Virus record (IMG/VR): IMGVR_UViG_3300021962_000460
Span: 1-29,457 of that record
From: a virus
Lineage: Duplodnaviria > Caudoviricetes
Strand: one strand, 5' to 3'
DNA: 29,457 bases
Position 1 is the first letter of the stretch, and every line of letters begins with the position of its first letter. A model generated the notes under the pieces. That model was not told the DNA's origin. It saw only the letters and a list, made by a program, of their open reading frames with translations, and made no database searches. The translations under genes and the position numbers were made by a program. Below are positions 8,356-15,581 of the stretch, in pieces.

Positions 8356-9458
8356 AGTTTCATTCCTTTCTCCCTAGCTAGGCTAGGTTTTGTTACATTG
8401 ACTTCCACACAACCGTCTAACAACTCGTCCATCTTGGCATCCAGTTGCTTGCCCTTAAGCCCTGTGGCCTCGCCAAGCTTCACCTTGAGCGCACCCTTGC
8501 CAACACTCACCGTCGTTAAGAACGCCGCTTCTGTGCCATCTTCCGCGAGGAAGCGGGACATCACAGTGGTTGCGTCCCTGATGGTTTCACGCTCGACACC
8601 CGGCTTCAATCGCCAGCCAGCGATAGTTTCACCGAACTGGAGCCTTGCCTTCGCTTCCTCGCGGATAGCTTCGATGACTGACTCGGCTTGGTCGCATCTA
8701 TCGAGAGCAACCTCAAGCTGCGCGACTGTCAGTTGCGTTACCATGCTGTCTTCCAGCGTCACGGCTAGTGCCTTAACCTCTGCGCCAGCTTCAGGGCAAC
8801 GAGTTCTTGCGGGGCAATACTTGCATTGCGTAACGCCAGCTTGCCTCACAGCGTTGGGATCCTCTGCTGCTGCAATGATTGCATACACCTCATCCGTTGC
8901 CATCACTAGGTCAGCCCTGCTGTACGAGCAGACTGTGATTCGTTGTGCGGCCATTGGCTGTATGATGCAGACGGTTATCGTGTCCAGCTTTCGGCTTGTG
9001 TTCTGCAAGACCAACACCGCAAGTGCGCGTAGCTGGATGTTTTCAGACGCGGACGCAACCGCTCCGCCCCCGGTCTTGTAGTCAACGATGAGCGCGTTCA
9101 TCCCTTCAATGACCACTAGGTCAGGCTTGCCGCTGAACCTCAGGTCAGCAGACCAGAGCCGATGCTCGCGCCATACCTCGTCGCAATCTCCTACAGGGAC
9201 GCCGATGGTAGTCTCGATGACGTTCTCTGCGAGTTCAGTGCAGGTAGCAGCGGATGCCTTCTCGTCCGCTGTTTGATTCTCCACCTTATCTCCAGCTAGG
9301 ATAGCGTGGATGCGATTACCGCGTTCAGCAGCAGAGGATGTGGTCTCCTTGATGCCGACACAGATGTTGAACGAGCCAGCGCAGAGAGACAGCCGCTCGA
9401 TTGAGGATGCAGACGGCTTACCGTTACGCTCGTCTTTCAATTCAGTTTCATTTTCCAT
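8352..9458 (-). CDS. Cas4-like PD-(D/E)XK exonuclease (DUF2800-like)
   Basis: SASS...C.GS, AAERG..IH, GKPDLV, IVDYKTG, QL, CKYCPA...CP; adjacent to ERF. Confidence 0.85.
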   Translation of the reverse strand: MENETELKDERNGKPSASSIERLSLCAGSFNICVGIKETTSSAAERGNRIHAILAGDKVENQTADEKASAATCTELAENVIETTIGVPVGDCDEVWREHRLWSADLRFSGKPDLVVIEGMNALIVDYKTGGGAVASASENIQLRALAVLVLQNTSRKLDTITVCIIQPMAAQRITVCSYSRADLVMATDEVYAIIAAAEDPNAVRQAGVTQCKYCPARTRCPEAGAEVKALAVTLEDSMVTQLTVAQLEVALDRCDQAESVIEAIREEAKARLQFGETIAGWRLKPGVERETIRDATTVMSRFLAEDGTEAAFLTTVSVGKGALKVKLGEATGLKGKQLDAKMDELLDGCVEVNVTKPSLAREKGMKL

Positions 9459-9462
9459 ACGG

Positions 9463-10164
9463 TTACGGGTTAAGTTCCGTTGGCGGCAGCACGAAGTTCT
9501 TCACCTCAGTCCACACATCTGGGACAACCAACCGCGTCAGGATGTTGACCGGCAGGTTGGAGATGCGAGCGCAGTCTTTCGGCCAACTGTTCTTGCTTTC
9601 AAGGAACCCCCTCACCAAGTCGGCATGCACCTTGTCCTTCGCCATCAGCAGACCGAGAGCATCCGCTGCCTTCTCGGATTCGTTAGGTGCAGGAGCCTTC
9701 TTGAACAGCGGCTTGGCTGCTACTGTTGGCGCAGCATTGCGGTTGCCTGTCGCCTCGTTGCCGTCGTCATCCACTTCGCCGACCAGCCCGAACACCGAGC
9801 CTATGGTGTACCGCTTTGCGTACGAGGCAGCAGAGCCGATGCCTTGAGCATCCATCCGCGATGCCGGTACGTTGAACGGGCCGTATCGAACCTCCTCACC
9901 CGTGATGAACGTGAGGATGGTTGTGCAGGACACTCCTGTCTCTGTCGTTGTCAGATCCTGAGCAAACAGGATGCCGTGCTTGTGCAGCGCAGGTCGCACA
10001 GCATGCAGGAACGCCGTTAAGCTGGCGTACTTGTTGCGGAAGTGCGGGTTCACCGAGTCAAGCTCGGGGTTCCGCATCTCCGATTGTGCCGAGAGCAGTG
10101 CCTCGTGGAAGGTCACTGCCGTTATCTGTTGTGGGTCTAGTGGTTTCATTTCTTTTGGTTTCAT
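9463..10164 (-). CDS. erf: ERF-family single-strand annealing protein
   Basis: NPHFRNKYASL...L.KHGI...Q and DAQGIGSAASYAKRY......G...E.DDDGN signature. Confidence 0.92.
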   Translation of the reverse strand: MKPKEMKPLDPQQITAVTFHEALLSAQSEMRNPELDSVNPHFRNKYASLTAFLHAVRPALHKHGILFAQDLTTTETGVSCTTILTFITGEEVRYGPFNVPASRMDAQGIGSAASYAKRYTIGSVFGLVGEVDDDGNEATGNRNAAPTVAAKPLFKKAPAPNESEKAADALGLLMAKDKVHADLVRGFLESKNSWPKDCARISNLPVNILTRLVVPDVWTEVKNFVLPPTELNP

Positions 10165-10197
10165 TTTGGTTTGTGGTTTGTGGTTTGTAGTGAAGGG

Positions 10198-10392
10198 TTA
10201 TGCGCCTATCGTGTTCACGTCCTCGCGCCTGTATCGAATGCAGCCGCCAATCTTGACGGACTTAATGAGGCCGCGCCCACGCCAGTTCTCGATGGTGCGG
10301 CGGGTGACACCGAATAGTATCTGCAGGTCTCGCGTGGTGAGTAGGTCGCCGACTGCGATGTTTGGTTTTGTTTCAATGGTCAATGTTTCCAT
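10198..10392 (-). CDS. Excisionase/MerR-like HTH protein
   Basis: LLTTRDL...FGVTRRTIENWR..G.I..VKIGG.IRYRREDV. Start moved to ATG 10392 to avoid a long overlap. Confidence 0.8.
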   Translation of the reverse strand: METLTIETKPNIAVGDLLTTRDLQILFGVTRRTIENWRGRGLIKSVKIGGCIRYRREDVNTIGA

Positions 10393-10415
10393 AGGTTGTG
10401 TTGAGCTGTCAACAG

Positions 10416-10787
10416 TTAATTGCTCTTTATTGTCAGCCCCGTCCGTGCTTGGTATCGGGTCGCAAGCATCTCCGCTTCCTGCTTGTGCGAGTGGTACCAG
10501 CGTAGGTTCTGTTCCAGCTTCTGTTGTAGGTTCCATAGTTCTTCCTTTTGGTTTACGTTGAGTTGTCCGAGTTTACTTACCTTGTCTAGCTTGACTATCT
10601 TCCTCCCCGCTTCCGTCGCCCCCTGAATGGCGTCGCGGAACAGGAAGGTGTGCTTGCCGTGGTCGCGCCTCATCCCAGCGCAGGTATCGCACAGCACCAT
10701 TGCCAGCAATCCCGCACCAATCTCTGGCAACTCGCCGAGATTGATGTCGAGTGGTTTGCCGCAGTCCGGGCAGGTTGGGTCACTCAT
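10416..10787 (-). CDS. Hypothetical Zn-ribbon protein
   Basis: CPDC...CDTC; ATG 10787 is ATGA-coupled to the upstream stop. Confidence 0.65.
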   Translation of the reverse strand: MSDPTCPDCGKPLDINLGELPEIGAGLLAMVLCDTCAGMRRDHGKHTFLFRDAIQGATEAGRKIVKLDKVSKLGQLNVNQKEELWNLQQKLEQNLRWYHSHKQEAEMLATRYQARTGLTIKSN

Positions 10788-11017
10788 GCGAGCCGGTTCT
10801 CCTTGTTGTCCCAAACGTAGAACCCACGTCCCCAGACTCGGCTGCTTGGCACGGGGCGTTTGTCTGTGTAGTGAACCTCCGGCTTGCCGCTGTCGGGGTG
10901 CATCTTCGTGACGGTGTAGCGGTAGTTCTCGGTCATCAACACCTCTGGGCAGTTGAGTTCCGGTATGTGTCCGCTGCTGGTGATCTTGAAGAACTTCATT
11001 TCCTTCATAGCTTTCAT
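10784..11017 (-). CDS. Hypothetical protein
   Basis: ATG 11017 (MKAMKEMKFF) is ATGA-coupled to 11014..11193. Confidence 0.6.
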   Translation of the reverse strand: MKAMKEMKFFKITSSGHIPELNCPEVLMTENYRYTVTKMHPDSGKPEVHYTDKRPVPSSRVWGRGFYVWDNKENRLA

Positions 11018-11193
11018 TCCCTTTCTCCCTTCGTTTCTTCGAGCATCTCCCACGCCCTGTCGAGTGCGTGTTCTAGTGTCTGCTTTGCTAACTCTCTACC
11101 CATCGAGCTATCTTGGTTGAGGTGTGCTGACGCCGCAGTGTGCAACCATTCCAGCGCACGGATCAGTTCTTCTCTGTCGTCGTATGTGTTCAT
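11014..11193 (-). CDS. Hypothetical helical protein (59 aa, not in ORF track)
   Basis: MNTYDDREELIRALEWLHTAASAHLNQDSSMGRELAKQTLEHALDRAWEMLEETKGERE; ATGA overlaps at both ends. Confidence 0.7.
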   Translation of the reverse strand: MNTYDDREELIRALEWLHTAASAHLNQDSSMGRELAKQTLEHALDRAWEMLEETKGERE

Positions 11194-11375
11194 AGTATGT
11201 GGGTCATTACGGTTTCATCGATGGTCTTCTTGCCGCCGTTGTGTACGGAGCAAGCCTTGTTCACTAGTCGTCCTACTTTCTCGTCGAGCATGTACAACGC
11301 TGCGGTTGAGATGCGTTTGCCCTCACCTTTGGCGAGGAGTTTGATGGCTGCTGTCTTGATGTATTTTGGTTTCAT
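11190..11375 (-). CDS. Histone-fold protein (prokaryotic/phage histone-like, 61 aa)
   Basis: MKPKYIKTAAIKLLAKGEGKRISTAALYMLDEKVGRLVNKACSVHNGGKKTIDETVMTHIL shows alpha1, RIS loop, long alpha2 and KKTI loop. ATGA-coupled on both sides. Confidence 0.75.
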   Translation of the reverse strand: MKPKYIKTAAIKLLAKGEGKRISTAALYMLDEKVGRLVNKACSVHNGGKKTIDETVMTHIL

Positions 11376-11710
11376 TTGTTGTTGTTGTTGTGGTTTGGTT
11401 TTGTGTTTGGTTGGACTAAAGCGATGGCGGCGCGGAGTTCGGCCTGCGTGGACTCGTTTCGGTCTCCACGGGACGACAGGAGGGGCGGCAATGCTTCGAG
11501 GGCTGACAGGGCGGATTGAGCGGCGGCGAGGAGGTCTGGCGCGGCAGCGATAAGGAGGGCGTCTGCTCTGACTCTCGGAGACGGGCAGATGGCTACCGTG
11601 TCGCGGATGTCCGGTCGGTCTGGCCATTGTAACTGTGCCGCAGTGACGCTGAATGTGGAGTCACAGCATTCAGTGACCGTCCACGGGCCGGGGGTGTGTT
11701 GTGTTTTCAT
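11372..11710 (-). CDS. Conserved phage early protein (HTPGPW...IAAAPDLL family)
   Basis: N-terminal HTPGPW and ADALLIAAAPDLLAA motifs. Confidence 0.8.
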   Translation of the reverse strand: MKTQHTPGPWTVTECCDSTFSVTAAQLQWPDRPDIRDTVAICPSPRVRADALLIAAAPDLLAAAQSALSALEALPPLLSSRGDRNESTQAELRAAIALVQPNTKPNHNNNNK

Positions 11711-11735
11711 TTGGTTTGGTTTGGTTTGGTTTGGT
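11711..11735. repeat. (TTGGT)x5 tandem repeat forming an A/C-only leader on the coding strand
   Basis: Fills the whole intergenic gap; read directly. Confidence 0.9.
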
Positions 11736-12221
11736 TTAGTTGAAGAGTCGGCGAGCCAACGAGCGACCGAGTTGTCGGGCGGCTTCGTTGTGTATGTATT
11801 GGGAGGTCACGATGGTGTCGGCTGGGGCGCAGTCGCGGAAGAACTCCCACAGCACCCGCGCCAGAACCGCACACACTGCCGCCCTGTATTCAGTCGGCCA
11901 GTATTGGCCTGTGCAGTAGTCGAGCCTCTTGCCGTCCCAAGATAGACGGCCACTGTAGGCCCCGAATCCATCCTTGATGTTTTCGGCGGTGATACTTGAC
12001 CGCCTATACACCAGCACTAGAAGCTGCCGCGCATCGTGTAGCTGTTTGGTGATGGTGCGTACCTCTGCGCGATACGCCTTCCGGTCGCCATAGTTGCCGT
12101 ACTCCAGCCGGGGCCGCTGGAGGATGAACCTGTGCAGTGCAGCGAGTATGTCCTCGCGTTCCGTTATGCCGGATGATGGCGAGAATGTGTTGATTCCGTT
12201 GTAGTTGTTGTTGGTTTTCAT
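11736..12221 (-). CDS. Hypothetical protein
   Basis: 161-aa ORF with GGAACAAAA leader; aromatic-rich motif LDYCTGQYWPTEYRAAVC. Confidence 0.8.
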   Translation of the reverse strand: MKTNNNYNGINTFSPSSGITEREDILAALHRFILQRPRLEYGNYGDRKAYRAEVRTITKQLHDARQLLVLVYRRSSITAENIKDGFGAYSGRLSWDGKRLDYCTGQYWPTEYRAAVCAVLARVLWEFFRDCAPADTIVTSQYIHNEAARQLGRSLARRLFN

Positions 12222-12230
12222 TTTGTTCCT

Positions 12231-12758
12231 TTATTCCTTAGTGAAGATGGGCATCACGACAGCCAACGCACCGTACAGTTCGTCATTGTCCGGGTGATCG
12301 GTAGGCAAAACAAATATCGGGCTGTTGCTATCTTGAAAGCAAAGCTTGAGCTTCGTTGTGCCGATTGCTTTCGCAACTTGAACGAGTAGGTTCACGTCCA
12401 CTGAAACCCTAAACTTGCTATGGGTTGCAGTTGGGTTTTGTGGAATGACTGCGTTGCAGTTTGGAAACTGGCCTTCATCCCTTCTAGGCATCTGCATGTG
12501 GTGCATGACCAGATTCTCCTTGAGGCAAACCATGAACAGCGGTTCGCTCTTGTTGCCATCCTTTCGTGCAGCAACCAGTGCGCTTGCCTCGATGTGACCG
12601 TCCACATCTTTGTCATCCCTTTCCACTGGCACTTTGACCAGAACCTTGCCGCTGGTAGCATAGATGTGGCCGTCCCGTAGGTATGGGTTGAGGATGGGCA
12701 GACGACTATCGTCATCCGACACAGCCGCTTCGATTTTGCATTTCTTATTTAGTTTCAT
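12231..12758 (-). CDS. DNA sliding clamp (DnaN/beta)-like partial-domain protein
   Basis: AVSDDDSRLPIL...ATSGKVL...GQFPN..AVIP...VDVNLL......I...L.F.....PI...VVMPI mirrors beta-clamp domain II/III motifs. Start at ATG 12758 after an A/C-rich leader. Confidence 0.7.
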   Translation of the reverse strand: MKLNKKCKIEAAVSDDDSRLPILNPYLRDGHIYATSGKVLVKVPVERDDKDVDGHIEASALVAARKDGNKSEPLFMVCLKENLVMHHMQMPRRDEGQFPNCNAVIPQNPTATHSKFRVSVDVNLLVQVAKAIGTTKLKLCFQDSNSPIFVLPTDHPDNDELYGALAVVMPIFTKE

Positions 12759-12784
12759 TGTGGTTTGGTTTGGTTGGTTGTTGG

Positions 12785-13009
12785 TTAGATTAGTCCGGCA
12801 GCGAGAAGGATGGACGGGCAACCATGTTCGCAACGTCCGTCCGGTTCCACTTCACAGCCTTCTTTGCAGCAAGCTGGCACAATGCAGTCGTCGCATTCTT
12901 CCAGCCCTTCGATTCCGTGCATTGCAAGCGTTGCTGAGATACTGATTCGGTATGGGTTCTTCGGTTTTGTTAATGGCGTAGTTTGTGTGGTGTTCATTTT
13001 AGTTTCCAT
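12785..13009 (-). CDS. Small Cys/His metal-binding phage protein
   Basis: ACC..GC.VEPDG.CEHG.PS.L...GLI motif. Confidence 0.75.
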   Translation of the reverse strand: METKMNTTQTTPLTKPKNPYRISISATLAMHGIEGLEECDDCIVPACCKEGCEVEPDGRCEHGCPSILLAAGLI

Positions 13010-13030
13010 TGTTGGTTGTGGTTGTGTTGT

Positions 13031-13342
13031 TTATAACTGCACGAACTTGTCGTCCAACATGCCGTCCTCATCTTCGAACCAGTGCTGAGGCCAGCGCGCC
13101 GTGTAACCAGTGGACTGCAAGTCCTTGTCTTTCCATATCCCGTACGCGCCGAGGGCGACGGCGTCTTGGTACGAGACGTAGCCCCCAGTGTTGGAGAACA
13201 CTACGCCCCGAGGGCAATACACCATTTTCTCACACTCCTCGTGCGTGGGGTTGCCGAACCCCTGCTTCTGCAGTTTCCTAAGCAGCGTGTATGCTTCGTC
13301 GAACGACTGCCGTGTGGTGGTGGTGGTGGTGTTGGTGTTCAT
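13031..13342 (-). CDS. Hypothetical protein
   Basis: 103-aa ORF preceded by the conserved leader AAGGAAACAAAACT-ATG. Confidence 0.75.
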   Translation of the reverse strand: MNTNTTTTTTRQSFDEAYTLLRKLQKQGFGNPTHEECEKMVYCPRGVVFSNTGGYVSYQDAVALGAYGIWKDKDLQSTGYTARWPQHWFEDEDGMLDDKFVQL

Positions 13343-13389
13343 AGTTTTGTTTCCTTTTTACCGTTTGCTGCACCGTTCGTCGGTGCGCC

Positions 13390-13449
13390 GGAGAGTCTCA
13401 TCAGGGCTGGCATCTCAAGCCAACCGACGGGCTGCTGCCTGTTTCGACT
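13390..13449 (-). ncRNA. Type II hammerhead ribozyme
   Basis: Minus strand reads AGUC-GAAA-CAGGC-agca-GCCCG-UC-GGUUGGC-uugagau-GCCAGCC-CUGAUGA-GACU-CUCC. Both catalytic core boxes are intact, with a GUC cleavage triplet, stems I, II and III, and a possible loop I (GAG/GAGA) to 3' tail (CUC/UCUC) pseudoknot. Confidence 0.9.
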
Positions 13450-13664
13450 TAGCCGCGCCGGAACGCCTCGTCTGCCATGTACGCGGCGTAGGACGCGGCG
13501 TCGTAGGCTTTCTTTGCGGCGTCGCAGGCTGCCTCGTAGGAGCGCATAACCTCGCGCTCGTGGGCGTCTATGCCCACTGCCGCGCTGGCGGCGGCGGCTT
13601 TGTTGTACGCCGCCTCGTAGGCGGCGAACGCCGCCTTCTCTGCCTCGAATACGTTGGTGTTCAT
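13449..13664 (-). CDS. Ala-rich helical hypothetical protein
   Basis: 71 aa with AAYEAAY-type repeats; fits the gene packing. Confidence 0.7.
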   Translation of the reverse strand: MNTNVFEAEKAAFAAYEAAYNKAAAASAAVGIDAHEREVMRSYEAACDAAKKAYDAASYAAYMADEAFRRG

Positions 13665-13669
13665 GTTGG

Positions 13670-14005
13670 TTAGTCCTCGGAGTTCATTCCGAACCCCGAC
13701 CCTCGGTCATAACCGTCGCCGTCTTCCGGCAAAGCACACGCTTTGCTGAGTGCGAACAACGCCGCAGTCTTGGCTTTTTCCAGCGGCAGCATCCGCGCCG
13801 CCTCCATGATGGCCTCCGCCGCGACCCGCTTTTGCATCGGCTGATTGTCGTCAGCCCATAGTGCGCGGCATGCCTCGTAAGAGGCGAACGGGGCGCATGC
13901 CCCGTCTCTGGCATCTAGCCAGAGTGTCGCAGCCTCGTCGGCTGCGGCGATGATTGCGGGTGAAGCCCTAAGCAGGGCCTCCCGTGTTTGGAAGCACACT
14001 TCCAT
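13670..14005 (-). CDS. Hypothetical protein
   Basis: GAGGAG precedes ATG 14005 (MEVCFQ...). GTG 14017, overlapping the upstream stop, is an alternative start. Confidence 0.65.
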   Translation of the reverse strand: MEVCFQTREALLRASPAIIAAADEAATLWLDARDGACAPFASYEACRALWADDNQPMQKRVAAEAIMEAARMLPLEKAKTAALFALSKACALPEDGDGYDRGSGFGMNSED

Positions 14006-14013
14006 CAATCTCC

Positions 14014-14340
14014 TCACAAATTCCCCTCCAGGCCGACGCAGCCCGTGGGCTGTCCGGCTGCATCCCGACGGAGTTCGCCGGGGCTGAAAACGTCCCGCCG
14101 GGCGGGGCACGCGCTCCGCACCATCGCGGAGACGACGAGGGCCGTTCCCTCGACTGCCGGGGGGAGGCCGACCACAGCCCCGAAGGAGCTATGGAACACC
14201 GGCAACCCCGCAATGGGGCTGCCGGAAACCCGCGTCACCGAGACGCGGGCAATCTCCCCACTCGGGGGGAGGGTGGTGATTTCCGTTCCGTCCGGACTGA
14301 GTATGCGGACGGCGTGGGGTGTGAGGTTGAGGATGTTCAT
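14014..14340 (-). CDS. Conserved phage protein (NLTPH family)
   Basis: NLTPH...PPSG..ARV...GLP...G..LVVS..V......R.DV.SPG.L.RD..G...GC.GL motif; conserved leader. Confidence 0.85.
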   Translation of the reverse strand: MNILNLTPHAVRILSPDGTEITTLPPSGEIARVSVTRVSGSPIAGLPVFHSSFGAVVGLPPAVEGTALVVSAMVRSACPARRDVFSPGELRRDAAGQPTGCVGLEGNL

Positions 14341-14806
14341 AGTTTTGTTTCCTTGTTTACCGTGGTTTGTTTTGAAGGTGACTGTTCCCTTCGTTCACGC
14401 AATAGGTTTGCGATCTATTTCGTGAAGGAAAGGGACACTTTCCTGAAGGATTGTCGGTTGCCGTATTCCCCGTTGGAGCCTTAGCGTTATCCATTACTGG
14501 ACTGCTATGCGTCTGCAGCTTTGCCATGCTGCTGTCATCCGTTCCCGCGTCTGTGCCATTCACCCGGTTCTTTCAAACGCCGTTTAGTCGTGGATATGGT
14601 AAGTGCGTGGTATGGATTGTTTGCTTGTGTCGCCTTTCCTTCGCCTCGCATTTGAAGGCTAGCCATTTGCTATGCCGTCGGCTTCTTCCCGCGCATCGTC
14701 TTTGCTTTTGGGCAAGGTTCTTGCGTAGGCTTTTCCCGCTACTTCTGCGAACGTCAACCTTCGCGCTAGCCTCGCCGCTCTGGAATCAATCCAGCGCGTG
14801 GTGCGC

Positions 14807-14834
14807 ACTCTAATGAGAGGTTAGACTATGTCAA
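14807..14834 (-). promoter_or_regulatory. Putative sigma70 early promoter
   Basis: Minus strand TTGACA-N16-TAGAGT. Confidence 0.45.
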
Positions 14835-14853
14835 ACTACAGGCGGCCAAATGC

Positions 14854-14897
14854 CGTCAAGTCTGCCATCAGCAATCGCTGCTGATGGCAGGTTGACG
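14854..14897 (-). terminator. Long hairpin directly after the first early gene
   Basis: CTGCCATCAGCA/TGCTGATGGCAG perfect 12-bp stem (14862-14890, 5-nt loop), extended by CGTCAA/TTGACG; no clear U tract. Confidence 0.55.
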
Positions 14898-14900
14898 CCA

Positions 14901-15509
14901 TTAGGCGGAGATATCGGCGAGCCGGGCGCGGTGGGCGGCGATTCGCCCGAGGATGCGGTAATACACTTCGCCCGTCGCGAGCTTTGCGCGTGATTCGAGG
15001 GCGGCAATCTCTTCGCCGATACGGGCGATTAGCTCTGGCGACGTGGCGACGCGAGCGTAGATGACGCCAGTGCGCAACTCGCCAGCGGCGACGTTCACTC
15101 GCCCCGCCGTGATTCTGACAATGCGTTGTGTCGAGAATGTTGCGGTACGTTCGCGCAAAACGGTCTGCTCGGCGAGTCGAACGGCGGCGACGTGAGCGGA
15201 CGTGAGTGTTTCACGGCCAAGTGAGGCGGCGAGAGACGAGCATGCCGATTTGAAGTCTAACCGTGTTTCGCCATCCATTGCCGCGCGAACGACTAATTCA
15301 GCACGTTCGGCGAGGCGCACGGCGGCGGCGGCGGTATCGGCGGCGGCGACGAGTTGCAGGATGGCTCGTGCATCTGACACGGATTGCGCCGAAGGAGCGG
15401 TATCGGGGACGGTATCGGCAGGAGCAGCAGCAGGAGCAGGAGCAGCAGGAGCAGGAGCAGGAGCAGGAGTTGCAGGGATGCGGTTTTGGGATTTGATTTT
15501 AGCGGTCAT
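14901..15509 (-). CDS. Hypothetical first early protein, Pro/Ala-rich N-terminus
   Basis: ATG 15509 is preceded by GGAACCAAAACT, the same leader as other early genes. (GCAGGA)n at about 15418-15468 encodes PAPAPA. The upstream extension to 16061 is not credible. Confidence 0.75.
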   Translation of the reverse strand: MTAKIKSQNRIPATPAPAPAPAAPAPAAAPADTVPDTAPSAQSVSDARAILQLVAAADTAAAAVRLAERAELVVRAAMDGETRLDFKSACSSLAASLGRETLTSAHVAAVRLAEQTVLRERTATFSTQRIVRITAGRVNVAAGELRTGVIYARVATSPELIARIGEEIAALESRAKLATGEVYYRILGRIAAHRARLADISA

Positions 15510-15553
15510 AGTTTTGGTTCCATTGCGGCGACGTAGTGTCACCGATTGCAAAG

Positions 15554-15581
15554 ACGATACCACGTCTGAAAAAGGTTGCAA
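15554..15581 (-). promoter_or_regulatory. Putative sigma70 early promoter with extended -10
   Basis: Minus strand TTGCAA-N16-TATCGT with TGn before the -10, about 45 nt upstream of ATG 15509. Confidence 0.5.

Noticed and set aside
8352-9458. Cas4-like gene as part of a CRISPR-Cas system
   Set aside because: No other cas genes or array; its position next to ERF and SSB fits a phage recombination exonuclease.
11376-11627. N-terminal part of the 145-aa ORF 11190..11627
   Set aside because: Arg/Pro-rich off-frame read of the HTPGPW gene. The real gene starts at the ATGA-coupled ATG 11375.
14357-14563. 68-aa minus-strand ORF in the early gap
   Set aside because: GTG start with no leader motif or coupling, and it overlaps hairpin-rich sequence. 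Not supportable as a gene, though not excluded.
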